In this document: positions 31,501-40,702 of the stretch, piece after piece | How positions within the stretch are numbered: position 1 is the stretch's first letter | Layout of the letters: each line of letters begins with the position of its first letter | NCBI GenBank assembly: GCA_951812665.1 | Contig: CATOST010000027.1 | Coordinates: forward strand, 2,117 to 66,116 | Length of the DNA: 64,000 nt | Direction of reading: 5' to 3' | Source of the DNA: an uncultured Acidobacteriota bacterium | Lineage (GTDB): Bacteria; Acidobacteriota; UBA6911; RPQK01; JAJDTT01 | Made by a program: the position numbers and the translations under genes | Notes under the pieces: model-generated | Databases searched by the model: none | Told to the model about the DNA's origin: nothing | What the model saw: only the letters and a program-made list of their open reading frames with translations

Positions 31501-31639
31501 CCACGGCGCCGGAGGGGTCGAAGATGGTGCCGGTGATGGCGCCTTTTTCCAAGGTCTGGCCCAGGCCGGTCCCGGAACCGGAGGCAAAGACAGCCAAGAG
31601 GCAAAGGAGCAATCGTACCGTTAACCGTGAAAAGGTCAC
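28571..31639 (-). CDS. TonB-dependent receptor-like outer-membrane protein with N-terminal CarboxypepD_reg domain
   Basis: 1022 aa with a signal peptide. GAITGTIFDPSGAVVPGADVTVINTSTGAERVLISNEAGRFRADILPAGEYVIEISLAGF is the carboxypeptidase-regulatory-like fold. It is followed by a long beta-barrel ending in ...QFGLKLVF. Confidence 0.85.
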   Translation of the reverse strand: MTFSRLTVRLLLCLLAVFASGSGTGLGQTLEKGAITGTIFDPSGAVVPGADVTVINTSTGAERVLISNEAGRFRADILPAGEYVIEISLAGFATMIVEGVVLSVGQELMEDVTLQLEAVGQEITVQSGTGRMDTSETRVNTAINNEYVENLPISGRDFRDFANLSPTADTTPGLRSPVRLQGQAGEYTGLIIDGVDNRNSFFGEWFGSLETKNFTVPQDAIQEFQVRDTGLSAEFGHATGGLINVVTKSGTNDWHGSAHWFFQSNTFIADTSVPADPETTIAPGLNTRHQFGGTVGGPIARDRAFFFLALDAQQQKGPLTAVFARDVSTAPCPCPVPSFYGGSTLADLERGSSQRQDLTAVLSKFDYNLTNDHALTTRLNYTRNETDNFTGYAGSQTFVLGRVESNFENFVNEGWAAAQSVTSLLGNASVNEFRFSYSQEVRPRRERTPGPETSITDTGNFGQIFFLPIDSQHKRYQVIDSFSHTFGRHDLKLGGDLNSNASNQTFIGFAGGVYTFFSLEDFAARTPAFLLQRVGINGVSVVESGTLRDFWQHELSFYVQDNWRAHPNFNLNLGLRWDGVWNPKSGFGLPEAMLPVGKPRINGNRVSVDVAPASSDVPDDFNNFAPRVGFAWDVGGRRSTIVRGGAGIYYAAAPTIFVAGMLSGPGLRSAVVFVPFFGSPTDLLGFGLSYPGLLPSTATPEVESLIGPPPIDYVDPDYQSARVINGQIGIEQLIAGDVSITGTYTFNRSANLRTGGFFSTPWDRNLDPSGLTLDEYGRTVGGFNLPRLDPNVGNANAIASFGEAEYHALIVQLKKDFRNRTQFGVNYSFSNNQDNATSDRSSDASYGPSDPFNFLELDWGRSQLDITHQYSFFGYFELPAKFRISTLVSARSGRPFPAYSSRCGDPGVADGSPGSVFDNSFQCSNDFNPIRPVQNGALLERYPFTTGAFFRWDFRLSREFALAASDSALIRFTFEVFNLTNAGNYYSTPLAARNAVLGDPNFMQLDQTPGPISAQFGLKLVF

Positions 31640-31784
31640 GAAGTTTTTCTCTAAGAGTCTCCAGCACCAGGGTGCGGAGATGTCGATTCATAGCGATTCG
31701 AACTACGCCGTTATGGCAGGGAGCTTGTACCCAAACCCTCTCCGTCTCCGGTCCAGATTTCTATCTATCGAGAACGAACCGTTG

Positions 31785-33396
31785 TCACGCAAAGTCCGAT
31801 CTCCACAGTAATACCGCTCTCGACGCGAGGTCCGTCTGGCGTTTTTCGAGTAACTCAGGTGTCCATTCCTGGGGAGCCATCTCGGGGATTCTCCGCGTAA
31901 GACTATACTTGCTCGTGTTGTAGGCAGCGCATTTCTCGGTATATGCATTATTCCCAATGCTCCGATTCACGGAAGCCTCAAGGAGCGTAAGATTGCCGAG
32001 GCGATATACCGTGTCATCCCACCGCTTCCGGGGATATGTGTCTATCCAAATATCCCCGGGATTTTCCGGTAGAACGTGCTCGATAGTTCCCGGATCGGTG
32101 TCCGGATCGCAGGATCGCTCGCTGGCGTCCTGCTCGAGTCGGGCCAGAATGTGCTTGGCAAGTTTCTTACGCCGGCCGTTCGTATTGATCTCAAGCAGTG
32201 CAAAGTCCTGCCGCATCTTCTCATCATTTACATAGATTTTCCTGAGTCGTTGGAATATCTGAGCCGGAGTACTCGCTGTCCCATCCATTATCGCTTTAGC
32301 CGCGGCATGATATACGGGTTCAAGGGCATTCGTGTTCAGCCCGCTCACTATGGTGTAACGAAAGGAAATCGTGACAATAATTTTCAACACGCGGATGAAG
32401 TCCTGGCTTGAAAAGACCTCCCAAGCCGCGAACAGTAGCGGCATCGGCTGTCGAACACGATAGAGGTTGAATTCGCTGACATACACTTTTGCTGCAGTCA
32501 ACTCCATCCGGTAGCCATGACTTGGGTCCAGTACGGCGGCATACAGCTCGGCGCGTGGCTCCAAGTCATCCATCAGGTCGAAAACATCCATCGCTGTTGT
32601 GGTTCGGGTTCGCACCAGCTTGAAGAGGCGTCCGCTCCGGACCTTTGGATATTCACAGAGCAGGTGGTAACGCAGAAATTCCGGAAAACGCGTCTGGCCC
32701 ACGGTCTCGATGAGTGATTTCCAACGACGTTGAAGAGCTTCCAAATCGGTTGGGACCCTGACCCGAGAAAACAGGTAGTTCTTGAGCAAATCCGTGGTCG
32801 TCAACCTCTGGCCACGCGCGTTTAGAGTCTCAAAGACGGTGTAGGCGTTGATCTCGTCGTCGACGGTAATGAGAATGAAGAGGATTTGGCGAGCCACAGT
32901 CTCAGACAATAGACGTGCCACCGCTTGGCCATCGCCTCTGAATTCCGGCAACCTATAGAGCCTTTTCTTGAAGTACTGGAAACAGTTCCATAGGAGCTGG
33001 TTTGATTTAGGCAGTCGCCGTGGATTGAGCGGTTTTCTGAGCTGAACCAAATAATCCTGATAGAAGGCGTTGTCCGTTTCGTTCAGATAGAGACGGCTGC
33101 TCTCGATTAGCGAAGCCGGATCCTTTTCGCCGATGAAGCGATTGCGGAGTTCCTGACTACGTTCCCGATTAGCGTCAGGATCAATCTGATCTTCGGCCAT
33201 GGTCTGTAACCTGTCGATCACGGCAAGTGCAAACAGGCTCAATGTGGCAAGACGCTGCTGTCCGTCAATAATTGGAAATTTTCGGTCGCTTTTCCCCTCG
33301 ACGACAAGAGCTCCCATGTAGTGACGGTCGTCCACTTTCGGCCGCAATTCGACGATATCGTTATAGAGATCCTCCCATTGTTCTACGGACCATGAA
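31785..33396 (-). pseudogene. GmrSD-like DUF262/DUF1524 protein, 3' major part (5' part displaced by IS1380-like insertion)
   Basis: The DGQQR motif is in FPIIDGQQRLATL. The C-terminal His-Me/HNH-like motif reads IEHVLPENPG...YRLGNLTLLEASVNRSIGN. The annotated ATG (33410-33408) and the first 4 codons lie inside the IS terminal repeat. Confidence 0.75.
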
Positions 33397-35388
33397 CCCG
33401 GATTATTCATGGGACATGTTGATAAAGGCTTTCAACCCGGCGTTTTCGTGCGGTCGGTGCCCGGTTTCTCTTGAACCTCTGTCGATTCGACGGAATCGGC
33501 TCAAAAACAGGACGATTGAACCCATCATAAACCGTCCGGCGGTCCGGGGGACCGTCACCCGCCGACAGGTCGACTTTGCGGTGAGAAAAACCCACCGTTT
33601 CGGTCCCTCCCACGGGCCCGATTCTTCCGTCCGTCCCCTATCCCGGCGCCCAGGACACTCGCTCCAGTCTCCGCCACAACCGCTTCCAGTCCGTCTCCCT
33701 TCGACTCACCACGAAAATCAGTCTCCTTCCTTGGCGCAGCACCCGACTCGCCACTCGCAACACCCGTTCATGAAAACGACGCAGACTCCACCCCCGTCGC
33801 GTCGCTCGCTCCATCAGTACCCGCCCCAGGTGCAGGATCCCGTACGCCAGCAGATTCAGCAGGAACCGGGCTTCGTTGTGGGGCCGAACCCCGGTCTCCG
33901 TCAGCGCTTCCGGCTTCGGTTCCGGCGTCAGTTTCTTCCCCCGATAGTGCGTCTTGGGACGACTCACCGACGACAAGGCCGGATCGAGCACGTCCATCAA
34001 CTCCCCCATGTGGCCTTCCGCCTTCCCCCGCCGGCGATACGTCCTCAGCAACTCTTGGGCGTCACAACGCTTCGGACTCAGGCTCGTCAGCAACCAGAAA
34101 TGATCCGGATACAACTCCCCCGGTTGCTCCACCACCACCAGCACCACCCGGCGTGCCCGGTCCCAACTCTCCGCCTGGTAGGTCAGCTCATGGAACCACA
34201 CTCTCGGCGGCTCGTTCGCCACTCGCTCCGCCGGTTGGGTCAAGTACGGTCGCGCCATCCGGTCCAGGACCTCATTCTTGCGGATGCGAGCGATGTAGGG
34301 CACGCTTCGCGACTCCAGGCCCTGCAGCAGCCCGGGTTCCGGGAACCCCGCATCCATCCGCACGATCATCGAGCCGCACAGACGCCCTCGGCAGCGGTCC
34401 ACGGCCCGCAATGTCAACTTCAAAGCCTTGTTGCCCAGGTAGCTGGCACCCGGAAAAAGCTCCCCGTCGATCAGGTCCCCCGTCTCTCCGCAACTCGCCA
34501 CCAACCCCAAGTACATTCTCTGGCGATAGTACCCGCTCCATTGGCTTCCCGGCTGCCGTCCATGGACCTCGACCGGGAGACCGTCCACGTCCAGGAACAT
34601 CCTATTTTTCCGTCTCTGCTTTCGTGGCTTCCCCTTTTTTCGCCGCCGACCCTCCATCATCTCGATCCGACGGCACGCCAGCTCCGTCACCGCCTCATGC
34701 AGGACCTGAAGGTTCTGCTTCCGGCTGAGCGTGTCCAGGAGCCGGGACAAGGTCGGTTGGGACGCCAGCCCGTGGCCCTCCTCCAAGGCCGCCGTGCCCC
34801 GACGCGACTCGCTCGCCACCCGCAAGCTCGGATCCTGACGCAGGCGGTCGGCATCGGACTGGTCGCGCCAGCCCTGCCCCAACAGCAGGAGTCGAGTCCG
34901 CAGCAGATCCGACAGCGGATAGCGGATCGAACTCGGGTGTCGCGGATCGTGCAACCGCTCGGTCAACCAATCGATGAGGCCGCACCGATCCATCATCTCC
35001 CGCTGCACCAGGGCGCCCGTGTCCGCACTGAGCAACTCGGGGCGGGTCTCGAGGCGGAGGGATCGGTTGAATGAGGGCCGGATCTGCGGTATCGTCTCAG
35101 GCATGGCGTGCTCCGTTCTTTGAGTTTGTTTATTAGCACCATAATCATACCATGAATGACGGGCACGCCGCCTCATTATTCTGACCCCGAAAAGGGGATG
35201 AAACCTCGCAATTACTTGGGTTTAGGCCCCCCTTGAAACCACTGATCCGACCGCAGTCGAAAACCAAGATAGCGTTTCACCCAAAGGGGGGTTCGGCCTT
35301 TTTCTGTGGGTATCCGGCAACCCTCTGATCTGACTCGACATGGCGGACACGCTTGCTCATTTTATGTTTGCGTGATGAATAATCCGGG
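33397..35388 (-). mobile_element. IS1380-family-like insertion sequence (~2.0 kb)
   Basis: The 14-nt perfect terminal inverted repeat CCCGGATTATTCAT lies at 33397-33410, with its reverse complement at 35375-35388. It encloses one DDE transposase gene. I see no clear target duplication. Confidence 0.75.
33638..35104 (-). CDS. IS1380-family (IS4-like DDE) transposase
   Basis: The N-terminus reads MPETIPQIRPSFNRSLRLETRPELLSADTGALVQREMMDRCGLIDWL...LLLLGQGWRDQSDADRLRQDP. The family call is from pattern memory. Confidence 0.7.
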   Translation of the reverse strand: MPETIPQIRPSFNRSLRLETRPELLSADTGALVQREMMDRCGLIDWLTERLHDPRHPSSIRYPLSDLLRTRLLLLGQGWRDQSDADRLRQDPSLRVASESRRGTAALEEGHGLASQPTLSRLLDTLSRKQNLQVLHEAVTELACRRIEMMEGRRRKKGKPRKQRRKNRMFLDVDGLPVEVHGRQPGSQWSGYYRQRMYLGLVASCGETGDLIDGELFPGASYLGNKALKLTLRAVDRCRGRLCGSMIVRMDAGFPEPGLLQGLESRSVPYIARIRKNEVLDRMARPYLTQPAERVANEPPRVWFHELTYQAESWDRARRVVLVVVEQPGELYPDHFWLLTSLSPKRCDAQELLRTYRRRGKAEGHMGELMDVLDPALSSVSRPKTHYRGKKLTPEPKPEALTETGVRPHNEARFLLNLLAYGILHLGRVLMERATRRGWSLRRFHERVLRVASRVLRQGRRLIFVVSRRETDWKRLWRRLERVSWAPG

Positions 35389-35664
35389 GTACATCATTTG
35401 GAACATGGAGTTGGGATGGTCATCGTACCCGACTCCATAAGGCCGGTCGTGACCGCATAATGAACGAGCCGTAGAGGTTGCGTTCCAGCATTCGGGGGTT
35501 TGGTTCACGCCAACGGTGACCCAAGGGCCGCCAAGACGAGGTGGCACACCGGACCAAGCCGGTATGTGAGCCACTGGTTTAACCCGGAAGACTATTCCGT
35601 GCCCCGGACAAGATCTTCTTGATACCCCACCATGCATTGTCTTTCCATTTCCAGCCAGCCACAC
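35389..35664 (-). pseudogene. probable displaced 5' fragment of the DUF262 gene
   Basis: Joining the flanks across the IS gives ...NSMFQMMY|SWSVEQWEDLYNDI. This resembles the DUF262 (Y/F)QRxYxWxxxQxxxLxxDI motif. The upstream part is not clearly protein-like. Confidence 0.4.
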
Positions 35665-35835
35665 GGGAAGAGAGTCGACAGACAGCCAGGGGACGATCGT
35701 TCACCATAATTTCACTGATTAGACCATTTGTTTAACGCCAATTTCACTACGTTTATTATATATTTGCTTCAAACCGTGAAATCGTCCATTTGGAGAAGTT
35801 AACCGGAAGAATGGTAGTGCGAATTACGTTTCTGA

Positions 35836-35860
35836 CAGCCGGTGGTGAAAGTCCGAGCAC
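35836..35860 (+). repeat. solo MITE-end-like fragment
   Basis: CAGCCGGTGGTGAAAGTCCGAGCAC compares with the MITE 5' end CAGTCCGTGGTGAAAGTCCCGCGAGCAC. The similarity stops after about 28 nt. Confidence 0.45.
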
Positions 35861-36339
35861 GTCAACCCAGTCCTAAAGAAATGACGGTTGTTTACTTGAT
35901 CTTGTCGGCCTTAGTTTGGGCTACACAGCTTTCTCCGGAGATTCAGGCAGACCATTACTTCTTGAGAGCGGAGCGGCAGATTGAGGAACGGGATTTCACG
36001 GGCGCGAAGGAGTCCATGGACCGAGTTCTGGAGCTGCAGAGGCAGCATGGGATCGAGATCCCGGAAGAATTCCCCCTGAGGTACGCCCAAGTTTCGTTGG
36101 GACTCGGACTCCACGCCGAAGTGATCGAGTCCGCGACGCGCTACCTGACACTGGTAGGCCGGGACGGCGAGCACTATCGCGCAGCGTTGGAACTGCTGGA
36201 CAAGGCCGAGGCCGAGATGGCTGCCGTTGCCGCGGCAAGGAAGCGGTTGGAGGAGAAACGGAAAAGACTCCGGGAGGCCATTGCCGGGATGGAGTTTGTG
36301 CGAATCCCGGCAGGGGAGTTCTTGATGGGAGGCCAACAC

Positions 36340-37533
36340 CGTAAAAAAGTCGGAGAGTTTTTTATCGTGGACGATATTATACAGTCTACCCATTCTCAAC
36401 TTTAGGAAGTGTCTTTGTCAACACAGATTCGAATTGGAACATATATTGGTGGGAGGTAAGTGAGCATGACAAACACAATCAAGGGTGCACAAGACGACAG
36501 TGTTCCTATACTCGATGTTGTTTGCAGAGTAAGTGTCGTCGTGCTGTTTCTCTGCGTGCTATTCATACTCGCTGATTGGATTGCGGACGAAATGTACGAT
36601 TGGTTTTCTAGCGGCATGAACGAAAAATGGCTAGTGATGGCTTCAAGCGTTCTAGGCGGTGGATTGATCGTTCAATTGGGATTGAAGTTCATTGAGGATT
36701 TATTTTCGGATGGGTGGAAGGTCTTACGGGACTCCATTAAGCTTGGTCCAAGAGATTTCGAAAAAAGATTAAACGGCTTCATGAAACATGGCTACAATCT
36801 TTCTCTAATCGTATTGGTCTCACTGATTTTATTTAATCATACTAAAACAACTGATGTAAGGGCCGAATCGACGCTACCGGTAGTCGTTTACTCGTTTGAC
36901 CCAGCACAAGACAATTACAGTTCTTCCAGATTTCCGATTTTTTTCGACAAAGCCAAGTTAAAAGACGGGTACGACATAAGTCTGAACCCAAACAATTCCG
37001 AAGTGGAGTTCACAGATGGGGTCGAATACTTACCCAATGGTAATATCAAATTGGCAGACTTGGTCAAATCGTTGGTTCCCTGTGGCACAAAGGAATTGCC
37101 CGTTAGATTGACGGTAGAGGGGTACGCAAGTTCACAGCCATTTCGGAGCAAATCGCTCAATCCGCCACGTGACTTTATTCACTCAAGAGACCTTAATGTC
37201 CTTGTCGCCAACCGGAGAGGGTCCACTATAGGGGACAAACTCAACGAGGAAATCGACAAACTAAAAGCCGAGGATCGGGTCCGAATCACGGTGGACAAAG
37301 TGGCTCAATACAATAATCTCAAGGCGATGGAAAATCTTCGAGAGTTCAACGACCGACCCTATCAGCGTCGCGCGGAAATTAAGGGGAGCGGTCCAGACTC
37401 TATGCTAAGTAATTCGCCTCCGCAAGACTTCTTTACTCGCGTAGCTCATATCAAGGTTGACATAGCGAATTGTAGACACCCCCGACGGCTTGTTCCATGA
37501 CTGGCGGGTGACAAATCTCCCCATTGAAAACGT
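36340..37533 (+). mobile_element. AT-rich 1.19-kb transposase-less cassette (MIC-like) with weak terminal inverted repeats; boundaries +/-10 bp
   Basis: There is an abrupt drop in GC. Left end CGTAAAAAAGTCGGAGAGTTTT compared with the reverse complement of the right end, CGTTTTCAATGGGGAGATTTGT, gives 14/22 matches. The length of 1194 nt is a multiple of 3. It carries a single ORF. Confidence 0.45.
36460..37500 (+). CDS. 3-TM membrane protein with C-terminal OmpA/MotB-like domain
   Basis: TM segments are VSVVVLFLCVLFILADWI, WLVMASSVLGGGLIVQLGL and LSLIVLVSLILF. The C-terminus VRLTVEGYASSQPF...DLNVLVANRRGSTIGDKL...RVRITV resembles the OmpA_C pattern (I.GHTD...N..LS..RA..V). GGGAGG lies upstream. 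Confidence 0.6.
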   Translation: MSMTNTIKGAQDDSVPILDVVCRVSVVVLFLCVLFILADWIADEMYDWFSSGMNEKWLVMASSVLGGGLIVQLGLKFIEDLFSDGWKVLRDSIKLGPRDFEKRLNGFMKHGYNLSLIVLVSLILFNHTKTTDVRAESTLPVVVYSFDPAQDNYSSSRFPIFFDKAKLKDGYDISLNPNNSEVEFTDGVEYLPNGNIKLADLVKSLVPCGTKELPVRLTVEGYASSQPFRSKSLNPPRDFIHSRDLNVLVANRRGSTIGDKLNEEIDKLKAEDRVRITVDKVAQYNNLKAMENLREFNDRPYQRRAEIKGSGPDSMLSNSPPQDFFTRVAHIKVDIANCRHPRRLVP

Positions 37534-37610
37534 AGCGTTTCTCCGGTTAGTTGCATTCTGGGGACTACTTGCCCGCACTTCTCGTGCGCCGTGGAAAGGT
37601 GCTTTCTCTT

Positions 37611-39385
37611 AGGAGCCTGTCCGAGAACGGGGCTGTCACCGAAGCTCCTTAAAATCAGGGCATCTGATCATCAGGAGAATGTTGGATGCCCCCGCGATTC
37701 AAGGCCTACCCGAAAGACTACTACCAGAGTCAGCTGTTTCCGGACAACGTGTTCGACCTCTTGCCGCAGGATCACGAATGTTTCCTCTATCAGGAACTGT
37801 TCGAGCAACTGGACACGTCGGAAGTGGAGGCCCAGTACAGCGACCGGGGCCAGCGCGCCTACCCGCCACGCCAGATCGTGTCGATCTTGATCTACGCCTA
37901 CAGCCGGGGCGTGTTCAGTTCCAGGCAGATCGAGCAGCGCTGCCGGGAGGATCTGGGGTTCATGTACATCGCGGGGAGGAACTGCCCGAACTTCCGGGTG
38001 TTGAGCGATTTCCGGAAGGACCGCGGGGAATTCTTCCGGGCTTGCTTCAAACAGACGGTGCAGTTGGCGCTGGGGATGGGGATGGTGTCCTTGGGACACG
38101 TGAGTCTGGACGGCTCCAAGTTCAAGGCGAACAGTTCGAAGCACAAGGCGATGAGCTACGGACGGCTGAAGGAGAAGGAGCAGGAATTGTGCGAGGAGAT
38201 CGAAGCCTTGACCCGGCAGGCGGACCGCTGCGACGAGGAAGAGGATCGAGTCTACCAGGAGCGGACCGGGTATGAGCTGCCCGATGACCTGCGCGACAAG
38301 AAGCAGCGGTTGAAGAAGGTCCGGGAGATGAAACAGGCGCTGGAAGCGCGGGAGGAGGAGCTTCGACCGGGACAGACGATCGAGGACAAGAAGCAGATCA
38401 GCTTTGCGGACCCCGAGGCGCGGATCATGAAGCAAAAAGGGGACTTCGAGTATGCGTACAACGCACAGATCAGCGTGGACGGCAAGTCGCAGGTGATCGT
38501 GGGTCAGCACGTGAGCCAGCAGGCGAACGATGCCCAGGAAGTGGCTCCAGCCTTGGATGAGGTGGAGGAGACGAGCGGTCGGTTGCCGGAGAAGCTGAGT
38601 CTGGACAACGGGTATTACTCGGGGAAGAACCTGCAGGAGACATCGGATCGAAAGGTGGAAGCCTACATCGCGACGGACCGGGGAGAGAAGCGGGGGAAGG
38701 GGGACCTGGACGCGAGCAAGCGTTACTTGGTGAAGGCGGACTTTCGCTATGACGAAGAGCGGGACGGCTTCCATTGTCCCGGCGGCCAACTGCTGAGGTT
38801 GAAGACCACCCGCAGCACGGGACAGCGAGTGTATCAGGGGGAGATCGAGGAGCGCCGATCCTGTGCCTACTATCGTCGTTGCTGCCGGTCGAAGTCAGGG
38901 GCGGCGCGCACGATCACGAGCGACGGGAAGGAGCCGTTGCGACGGGCGATGAACGAGCGGATGTCGCAACCGGAGAGCCAGGCAATCTACGCGCGTCGCA
39001 AGGCGATCGTGGAGCCGGTGTTCGGGCGGATCAAGAACTCGGGATTTCGGGGATTCGGGCTGCGGGGCAAGGAGAAAGTGGCGGGGGAGTTCTCCCTAGT
39101 CTGCGTGGCGCACAACCTCAAGAAAATATTTTTTTCGGCACTGCGGGGAGAGATGTGGCTGGAGTTCGGGAAGCGAGCGGCCTGGGCATGAAAAAGGGGC
39201 GAATAAAGGGGGATGAAGTCACAAACTGGCCTCTATCGGCCCTTTTCGAGTCGAAAATGGCGCAAAAACCCGAGTTCACCGGTTTTGAAGGCCGAGATTC
39301 GATGATCTTCCAAGCCAACGACCATCGCCCATGAGCGTTGTCATGGACGAACGTCGCTCAATAACGAGTTCTCGGACAGCCTCCT
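37611..39385 (+). mobile_element. IS1182-family insertion sequence (1775 bp)
   Basis: The 18-nt terminal inverted repeat AGGAGCCTGTCCGAGAAC (37611-37628) matches the reverse complement of 39368-39385, AGGAGGCTGTCCGAGAAC, with 1 mismatch. Excision restores ...FLL|GKCEVTQ in frame. There is no target duplication. Confidence 0.8.
37686..39191 (+). CDS. IS1182-family (IS5-like DDE) transposase
   Basis: 501 aa. The sequence reads MPPRFKAYPKDYYQSQLFPDNVFDLLPQDHECFLYQELFEQLD...YPPRQIVSILIYAYSRGVFSSRQIE...DGSKFKANSSKHKAMSY...AHNLKK. Confidence 0.8.
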   Translation: MPPRFKAYPKDYYQSQLFPDNVFDLLPQDHECFLYQELFEQLDTSEVEAQYSDRGQRAYPPRQIVSILIYAYSRGVFSSRQIEQRCREDLGFMYIAGRNCPNFRVLSDFRKDRGEFFRACFKQTVQLALGMGMVSLGHVSLDGSKFKANSSKHKAMSYGRLKEKEQELCEEIEALTRQADRCDEEEDRVYQERTGYELPDDLRDKKQRLKKVREMKQALEAREEELRPGQTIEDKKQISFADPEARIMKQKGDFEYAYNAQISVDGKSQVIVGQHVSQQANDAQEVAPALDEVEETSGRLPEKLSLDNGYYSGKNLQETSDRKVEAYIATDRGEKRGKGDLDASKRYLVKADFRYDEERDGFHCPGGQLLRLKTTRSTGQRVYQGEIEERRSCAYYRRCCRSKSGAARTITSDGKEPLRRAMNERMSQPESQAIYARRKAIVEPVFGRIKNSGFRGFGLRGKEKVAGEFSLVCVAHNLKKIFFSALRGEMWLEFGKRAAWA

Positions 39386-40417
39386 AGGGAAGTGCGAGGT
39401 GACCCAGGGGCAGTGGGAGGCTGTCATGGACAGCAATCCGTCCCATTTCGTCGGATGCGGTCTGGGTTGCCCTGTGGAGAACGTTTCCTGGGATGACGCG
39501 CAGCTGTTCCTCAGCCAATTGAATTTGCTTTCCGCAGTGTATGGCGACGGTGCGGAGTACCGCTTGCCGACGGAGGCAGAGTGGGAGTACGCGGCGCGGG
39601 CGGGAACTACCGGGGACACGTACGCGGGGAACGTAACAGAGACGGACTGGCGGGCGAGGGATCCGGTGCTGGAGAAGATTGCGTGGCACGCGAGAAACAG
39701 CGGGGAGCAAACGAATCCAGTGGGTCAGAAGGAACCGAACCCGTGGGGCTTGCACGACATGCTGGGGAACGTGAACGAGTGGGTGCAGGACTGGGAAGAC
39801 GACTACCCGGGCGGCACTGTGACGGACCACGTGGCGGATCGCATGAATTCCAGGCACGGGCCATATCGGAGAATGCGAGGCTGCGACTTCGTGAACAGCA
39901 ACACGAGGTGCCGGGTCTGGGCACGTAGTAGCTGGAATACAGAGACTCGGAGTTGGTCCTTCGGTTTGCGGCTGGTGAGGATTGTGCCTTAGGGCTTGGA
40001 ACTCGCCCAGGCGACTGTCCGCCATGGGGTGATCAGTCTACTGTTGGCCGGAGAAATCAGGGGGGTAGCAATCCATGGCAGGAAAATGCAAGGAATATGG
40101 CTATCCGGGCCGTCTGAGGTTTACCGTAAAGCTGACGAATGGCAGACGGAGGGACAATGATCTGTGACTGGAACCGATGGTCGGAAAGCATGTGTTTCCA
40201 GTTTCGGAAATCAGCCCTGCATTCTGCGTAGGAGCCATACGACTCCAGGAGAAATACGTCGTCTTTGGGCAACTGCGCTATATGGATGGAGGCGAGCCCT
40301 GTAGCTCAACTGGTCCAGAGCACCGGTTTGGAATTCCCGGGGATTTGCGGGTGAAGTGGTCCCAGATTTTTGGACCAGGGGTTAAGGTAGACGCCAGAGC
40401 CTTCGAGGAGGTCTGGA

Positions 40418-40702
40418 ATGGCAACGAAACGGAGACGATTCACGGCGGAGTTCAAGAAACGGGTGGCGCTGGACGCGCTCCGGGGAGACCACACGATTCA
40501 AGCGGTTGCGGCCAAGCACCAAGTGCATCCGAGCCAAGTGAGCACCTGGAAGCGTCAGGCCGTGGAGGGACTGAAGGAGGTGTTCTCAAACGGGCGCTCC
40601 AAGCGCGAGAAGAACCACGAAGCGAGGATTCGGGAGCTACACGCGAAGATCGGAGAGTTGACGGTGGAGCGGGATTTTTTTCTGCGCGGGTTGGGACGCT
40701 GA
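40418..40702 (+). CDS. IS3-family transposase OrfA (HTH)
   Basis: The sequence reads MATKRRRFTAEFKKRVALDALRGDHTIQAVAAKHQVHPSQVSTWKRQAVEGL... Confidence 0.85.
   Translation: MATKRRRFTAEFKKRVALDALRGDHTIQAVAAKHQVHPSQVSTWKRQAVEGLKEVFSNGRSKREKNHEARIRELHAKIGELTVERDFFLRGLGR
40674..40682 (+). other. probable programmed -1 ribosomal frameshift site (A-T7 slippery run)
   Basis: GGGATTTTTTTCTG lies at the orfA/orfB overlap. T7 spans 40675-40681. Confidence 0.55.

Larger units (their letters stand above)
35881..39992 (+). pseudogene. FGE-sulfatase (SUMF1/C-type-lectin fold) domain protein with TM + coiled-coil N-terminus, split into three pieces by two insertions
   Basis: Piece 1 (35881-36339) ends ...MEFVRIPAGEFLMGGQH. 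Piece 2 (37534-37610) reads SVSPVSCILGTTCPHFSCAVERCFLL. Piece 3 (39386-39992) reads GKCEVTQGQWEAVM...LPTEAEWEYAARAG...NPWGLHDMLGNVNEWVQDW...GLRLV. The frames are continuous once both insertions are removed. Confidence 0.75.

Noticed and set aside
39860-39992. The C-terminus of the FGE/C-type-lectin-fold protein (RGCDFVNSNTRCRVWARSSWNTETRSWSFGLRLV) looks like a diversity-generating-retroelement variable region. The canonical RGGSW...CR...R...GFR scaffold is kept while many NNC codons vary between the scaffold positions.
   Set aside because: I found no template repeat of this sequence anywhere in the window, and no reverse transcriptase or Avd-like gene. Several variable positions use TGG, GAG or ACG codons, which AAC-based mutagenic homing cannot produce. 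It would only be worth checking genome-wide for a template-repeat/reverse-transcriptase pair.
40296-40351. GCCCTGTAGCTCAACTGGTCCAGAGCACCGGTTTGGAATTCCCGG, abutting the IS3 left end, resembles a tRNA 5' half with a D-arm TAGCTCA...GAGC and an anticodon-loop-like TTTGGAA.
   Set aside because: The anticodon stem does not pair (CCGGT vs TCCCG). There is no T-arm (GGTTCGAATCC-like), either here or after the IS3 right end, and the acceptor stem has no partner. At most it is a decayed tRNA remnant.
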